Assembly: GCA_963783305.1 (NCBI GenBank) | Contig: CAWAMW010000005.1 | Location: forward strand, 1-20,601 | Reading direction: 5' to 3' | Length of the DNA stretch: 20,601 bases | DNA from: an uncultured Gemmatimonadales bacterium | Lineage (GTDB): Bacteria > Gemmatimonadota > Gemmatimonadetes > Longimicrobiales > RSA9 | In this document: in pieces, positions 17,470 to 20,601 of the stretch | Numbering within the stretch: the stretch's first letter is position 1 | Layout: each line of letters starts with the position of its first letter | Position numbers and translations under genes: made by a program | The notes under the pieces: generated by a model | The model's database searches: none | What the model was told of the DNA's origin: nothing | The model's input: the letters and a program-made list of their open reading frames with translations, nothing else

Positions 17470-18581
17470 GACCTGTCCCCTCTTCCGGCCTCGCTGTCCA
17501 GAGCGGAGCGCCTGTTCCGCTCGAGCAGCTTCACCAGCGCGTATACCGCTCGAATGGCGGGTGTCTCAATGTCCAGCGCCTCCGCCAGCTCGATCACGGA
17601 CCCCACCAGCGCTTCCGTCTCGAGGGGTCGGCCGGCGTCCAGATCCTGGGCCATGGACGTCCGGTGGGCGCCCACGGCCTCCGCACCCGCGATCCTCCGC
17701 TCGATATCGACCCGGAACGTGGCACCCAGCGCCTCCCCGACCGCCTGGGCCTCACGCATCATGTCGAATACGAGCTGTCTGCTGGCCCTGGCCCGGCAGA
17801 TCTGCTCGAGTGTCGCCCCGGTGAGGGCACTGATCGGGTTGAAGGTGAGGTTCCCCCAGGCCTTGAGCCATGTCTCGGATCGTACGTCTTCCAGCATGCG
17901 CGTCCGGAACCCCGCTGATTCGAGGAGAGCGGCCAATCTCCGGAGGCGTTCCGAGATCGATCCGTCCAACTCCCCGACCGGCAGGCGGTCTCCCTCCACA
18001 TGGTGGACGGTCCCATCCTCGAGAAGCTCCGCTGCGGGATAGGGCACGCACCCGATGATGCGGGCCGGATCGACAGATCGCTCGAGGTCACCGGCTGGAT
18101 CCACGGAGCGCAGACGACATCCGGCGAGGGGACCTGTGTGGCGCTGGAAGTACCACCAGGGGATCCCGTTCTGGAGGGTGACGACCACTGTGTCCGGGCC
18201 CAGGGCGGACGGAAGCGTGGTCGCAGCCTGCGGCAGGTCGTAGGTCTTCACGGCGACGAAGACGACGTCGTAGTCGCCGGTGGGATCCGATGCGTCACGG
18301 GTGCGGAACCCGCGGTACATACGTGTGCTGCCATCCGGGGCACGCACTGAGAGGCCGTGGCGGTTCAGGTGCTCCACCCGGCTGCCCCGGTCCACCAGCG
18401 TAACGTCGGCGCCAGCATCCAGAAGCCCCGCGGCCAGCACGCTTCCCATGGCTCCCGCTCCGAGGACGCAGATACGGGGTGAACGTCCGTGTTCGAGAAA
18501 CCTGTCTGGTCCGGAGATGGCTGGGCTCTTCCGCAGCGGTGAATTCTCAGGGTGGCTCGAGAACGCGACGGGTCGCGGCAA
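17466..18581 (-). CDS. panE: 2-dehydropantoate 2-reductase (ketopantoate reductase, PanE/ApbA family); start uncertain
   Basis: Rossmann motif RICVLGAGAMG, plus VFVAVKTY, VTLQNGIPWW, WLKAWGN..FNPISAL and TSMAQDLDAGRPLE. Confidence 0.85.
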   Translation of the reverse strand: MPRPVAFSSHPENSPLRKSPAISGPDRFLEHGRSPRICVLGAGAMGSVLAAGLLDAGADVTLVDRGSRVEHLNRHGLSVRAPDGSTRMYRGFRTRDASDPTGDYDVVFVAVKTYDLPQAATTLPSALGPDTVVVTLQNGIPWWYFQRHTGPLAGCRLRSVDPAGDLERSVDPARIIGCVPYPAAELLEDGTVHHVEGDRLPVGELDGSISERLRRLAALLESAGFRTRMLEDVRSETWLKAWGNLTFNPISALTGATLEQICRARASRQLVFDMMREAQAVGEALGATFRVDIERRIAGAEAVGAHRTSMAQDLDAGRPLETEALVGSVIELAEALDIETPAIRAVYALVKLLERNRRSALDSEAGRGDRS

Positions 18582-18837
18582 GGCCCCGTCCCCAGAATCA
18601 CGGGGCTGCGAGCGATCCGCAACCTCGCCACGCGCCTCGGGCGCAGGCCGCCACGCCTTGGGGCCCCAGCCGGCGCTTCAGGAATCGTGGCTCCCGCCCT
18701 CGCAGTCACAAATCCGAGGCGGATCCGGCTGCATTCGGGGGCCTCGGAACCACGCCGCGCCGGCTGGCGCGGGGTGCGGACTCCTCCGGTTAGGGGATGC
18801 TCGGAGCCAGCACCGGCCCGGGACAGTTCGTCACGGC

Positions 18838-19154
18838 CATCGATCGACCTCATCTTCGGCACCAACTTTCTCGGAACGGGTTTGAGCCTGGCGTTCGCGT
18901 GCACGGATCCGCTCGGCTGTACGAGCGTGGGTGCGGGTGAGTCCCCTTTGTTCGACCTGACGATTACGGGTCTGGAGGTCGGTGACTACAATTTCGAGGT
19001 GTTCGCGCAGGGTGTGGACGCGGTCGAGACCGACTTCGTCTGCGTGGTCGGCGGCACCCCGGTGCCGGAGCCGGGCACCATGCTGCTGCTGGGCACGGGG
19101 CTGTTCGGTGTGGCGTTCATCGGTCGCCGTCGTCGCAAGGACGAGCTGGGCTGA
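18838..19154 (+). pseudogene. 5'-truncated paralogous copy of the 3' end of the PEP-CTERM/vWA gene (7113-7429)
   Basis: 317-bp gap-free direct repeat with 30 mismatches by manual count (~90% identity). The frame is intact through VPEPGTMLLLGTGLFGVAFIGRRRRKDELG*, but there is no signal peptide or vWA domain upstream. Confidence 0.85.
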
Positions 19155-19213
19155 CGTCTGCCGGGGGTGCAGCGTCCGAAGGCGCGGGGGCCCGGCACGC
19201 CAGGTAGCGGCGT

Positions 19214-20497
19214 CTACTTTGCGACGACGAACCTCTCGCGCAGAGCAGAATTAATCAGTTGGGCTAACTGCATAGAGGCTTCTTCGACCACCGACTCCTC
19301 AATTACGCTGAGCCGTTCATAATGGGCCCCCTTAGAATAGTTTACAACGTAGCAGCTGTCACTATCCAGAACTCCCGTCGGAACCTCACTGGGGAGGGGG
19401 TGATCGCTGACAATCCGGTGGGCGGAGAGAAAGAAATTTCGCTCCGGGGTGACCAAAATATGAGTCCGATATATCTGAGCATGGCCATTGACGGGATCCG
19501 CAGGAATTAACTGTTGGAAAACCAATTGATTGTGCTGCCCAATCCAGTTCTTGAGTCGTGTAAAAAGACTAAGGCCGAAGATGGATACAATATCTCCACC
19601 GTCGAAACGGGATCGCGCCAAGAACTCCCTGTCTACTCTCGCTATTCTAACATGTCTGCCGGAACTGCTGCCACCCAATTTGATGACGAGGTTGGGGAAG
19701 TCGCTCGCCAAATCGATGTTCAAAGAAGGCAAGTCGTCAGAAGAGTCCACGAATCCCAGTAAACTGTACTTCGACTTGTCCTTCTCATACTCCTGCCTCA
19801 ATCCAGAGGCTGCGTAAGATTGGTTAGTGAGAAAATAATCCACTGGTGTATGAGGATGATTGAAAACTACATATAACGTATCTGGCTCGAGTTCATCAGG
19901 AAAGGCCGCCCAATGAATTATGGAAGGATTGTTATGAGGGTTTGGACTTGCTAGCTTCAAGTCAATTGTCGAAGGTTCGTTGTTCAGGCTAACAGTTTCA
20001 TCTACGTACAACGGGGTCCACCAGTCCGCAATACACAGAATTTTGGCATACCTGTTCTGAAAAGCAAAATCTACTATTCGCGACAGAAGGGGATCGTATT
20101 TTGACGAGTATAGGTCTCTTCTCTCTTGCCGGATTGCTGCGACCAGGTTGACGTCTATTGGATAGAAAGTCCCCTTATGCGGGATCAGGTCTACCCCCAG
20201 ATGCATACCCACAGTGCTGTTGACGTGTGCGTCGTGGTAATAGCATCGAGAACTTGGATGTTGGTCGATTTTGCTTTGCGCTTCCAAAGCGCAGATATTG
20301 GGTGATCCAAAAGCCCCTACGAACGACCGGCGCCGAATACTTTCAATAGAATCGTATACAAGTTGAGCTAAGCTGCTCAGCCCCCTGTACAGTAATTCGT
20401 TGGTGAAGTATGGTTTGAGTTTCTTGGTGAGAAACGCGCTAAAGAGGGAAGAGAAAGTCAATCTCCTGTGTAGTGAAGAAAGATCTTCGGAACTCAT
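19214..20497 (-). CDS. Low-GC hypothetical protein, possibly a circularly permuted ATP-grasp ligase
   Basis: ATG at 20497 has GAGG upstream. Motif order is HLGVDLIP...YPIDVNL early, then LVIKLGGSSSGRHV, LVFQQLI, IYRTHILV and VVNYSKGA. GC was about 42% in a sampled 60-nt line versus ~70% elsewhere. Confidence 0.7.
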   Translation of the reverse strand: MSSEDLSSLHRRLTFSSLFSAFLTKKLKPYFTNELLYRGLSSLAQLVYDSIESIRRRSFVGAFGSPNICALEAQSKIDQHPSSRCYYHDAHVNSTVGMHLGVDLIPHKGTFYPIDVNLVAAIRQERRDLYSSKYDPLLSRIVDFAFQNRYAKILCIADWWTPLYVDETVSLNNEPSTIDLKLASPNPHNNPSIIHWAAFPDELEPDTLYVVFNHPHTPVDYFLTNQSYAASGLRQEYEKDKSKYSLLGFVDSSDDLPSLNIDLASDFPNLVIKLGGSSSGRHVRIARVDREFLARSRFDGGDIVSIFGLSLFTRLKNWIGQHNQLVFQQLIPADPVNGHAQIYRTHILVTPERNFFLSAHRIVSDHPLPSEVPTGVLDSDSCYVVNYSKGAHYERLSVIEESVVEEASMQLAQLINSALRERFVVAK

Positions 20498-20601
20498 CTT
20501 CGCCTCTCGAGTTTCTGTTGCCGGGCACGACCGAGCCGGGTCCACGGTGTTCTGGAAATCTGCGGTCAGTGCTAGGGGATCTTCCGGGCCAGCGCCGGCC
20601 C

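Noticed and set aside
18552..18837. N-terminal half of the 200-aa ORF 18552-19154 as a real PEP-CTERM protein
   Set aside because: It is Arg/Pro/Ala-rich with no signal peptide and overlaps the start region of the opposite-strand gene. It looks like chance open frame upstream of the duplicated fragment.
7113..19154. The repeat pair 7113-7429 / 18838-19154 as a diversity-generating retroelement TR/VR pair
   Set aside because: Mismatches are not adenine-specific (many are C/T or C/G third-position changes), and no reverse transcriptase is in the window.
1..20601. CRISPR arrays, tRNA/rRNA genes, transposases, integrases or an exosortase gene
   Set aside because: No regularly spaced repeats, RNA-gene signatures or matching protein motifs were seen. 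The exosortase must lie outside this window if it is present.

Overview
GC-rich (~70%) bacterial cell-surface/exopolysaccharide locus of the PEP-CTERM type; the gene style suggests Gemmatimonadota, which is inference only. It encodes two GT2 glycosyltransferases, a polysaccharide pyruvyl transferase, a DegT-type aminotransferase, a lipoprotein PPIase, a secreted lipoprotein and two intact PEP-CTERM proteins. It also holds a 5'-truncated ~90%-identical copy of one PEP-CTERM gene, a GNAT, a ketopantoate-reductase-family gene and two ATP-grasp-like ORFs, one of them low-GC. The most notable element is a minus-strand four-gene operon (13174->7546): MBOAT-SGNH fusion, carrier protein, stand-alone proline-type adenylation enzyme and AnaB/PltE-type prolyl-carrier dehydrogenase. 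This looks like a pyrrole/pyrroline-carboxyl cassette wired to a Dlt/AlgIJ-like trans-membrane acylation machine rather than to a PKS/NRPS. Three of its four genes carry small indels that look like sequencing errors. An 18-bp palindromic box (TGTKGC-N6-GCMACA) paired with sigma54-like promoters recurs upstream of four transcription units. All family assignments come from motif recognition, not from database searches.
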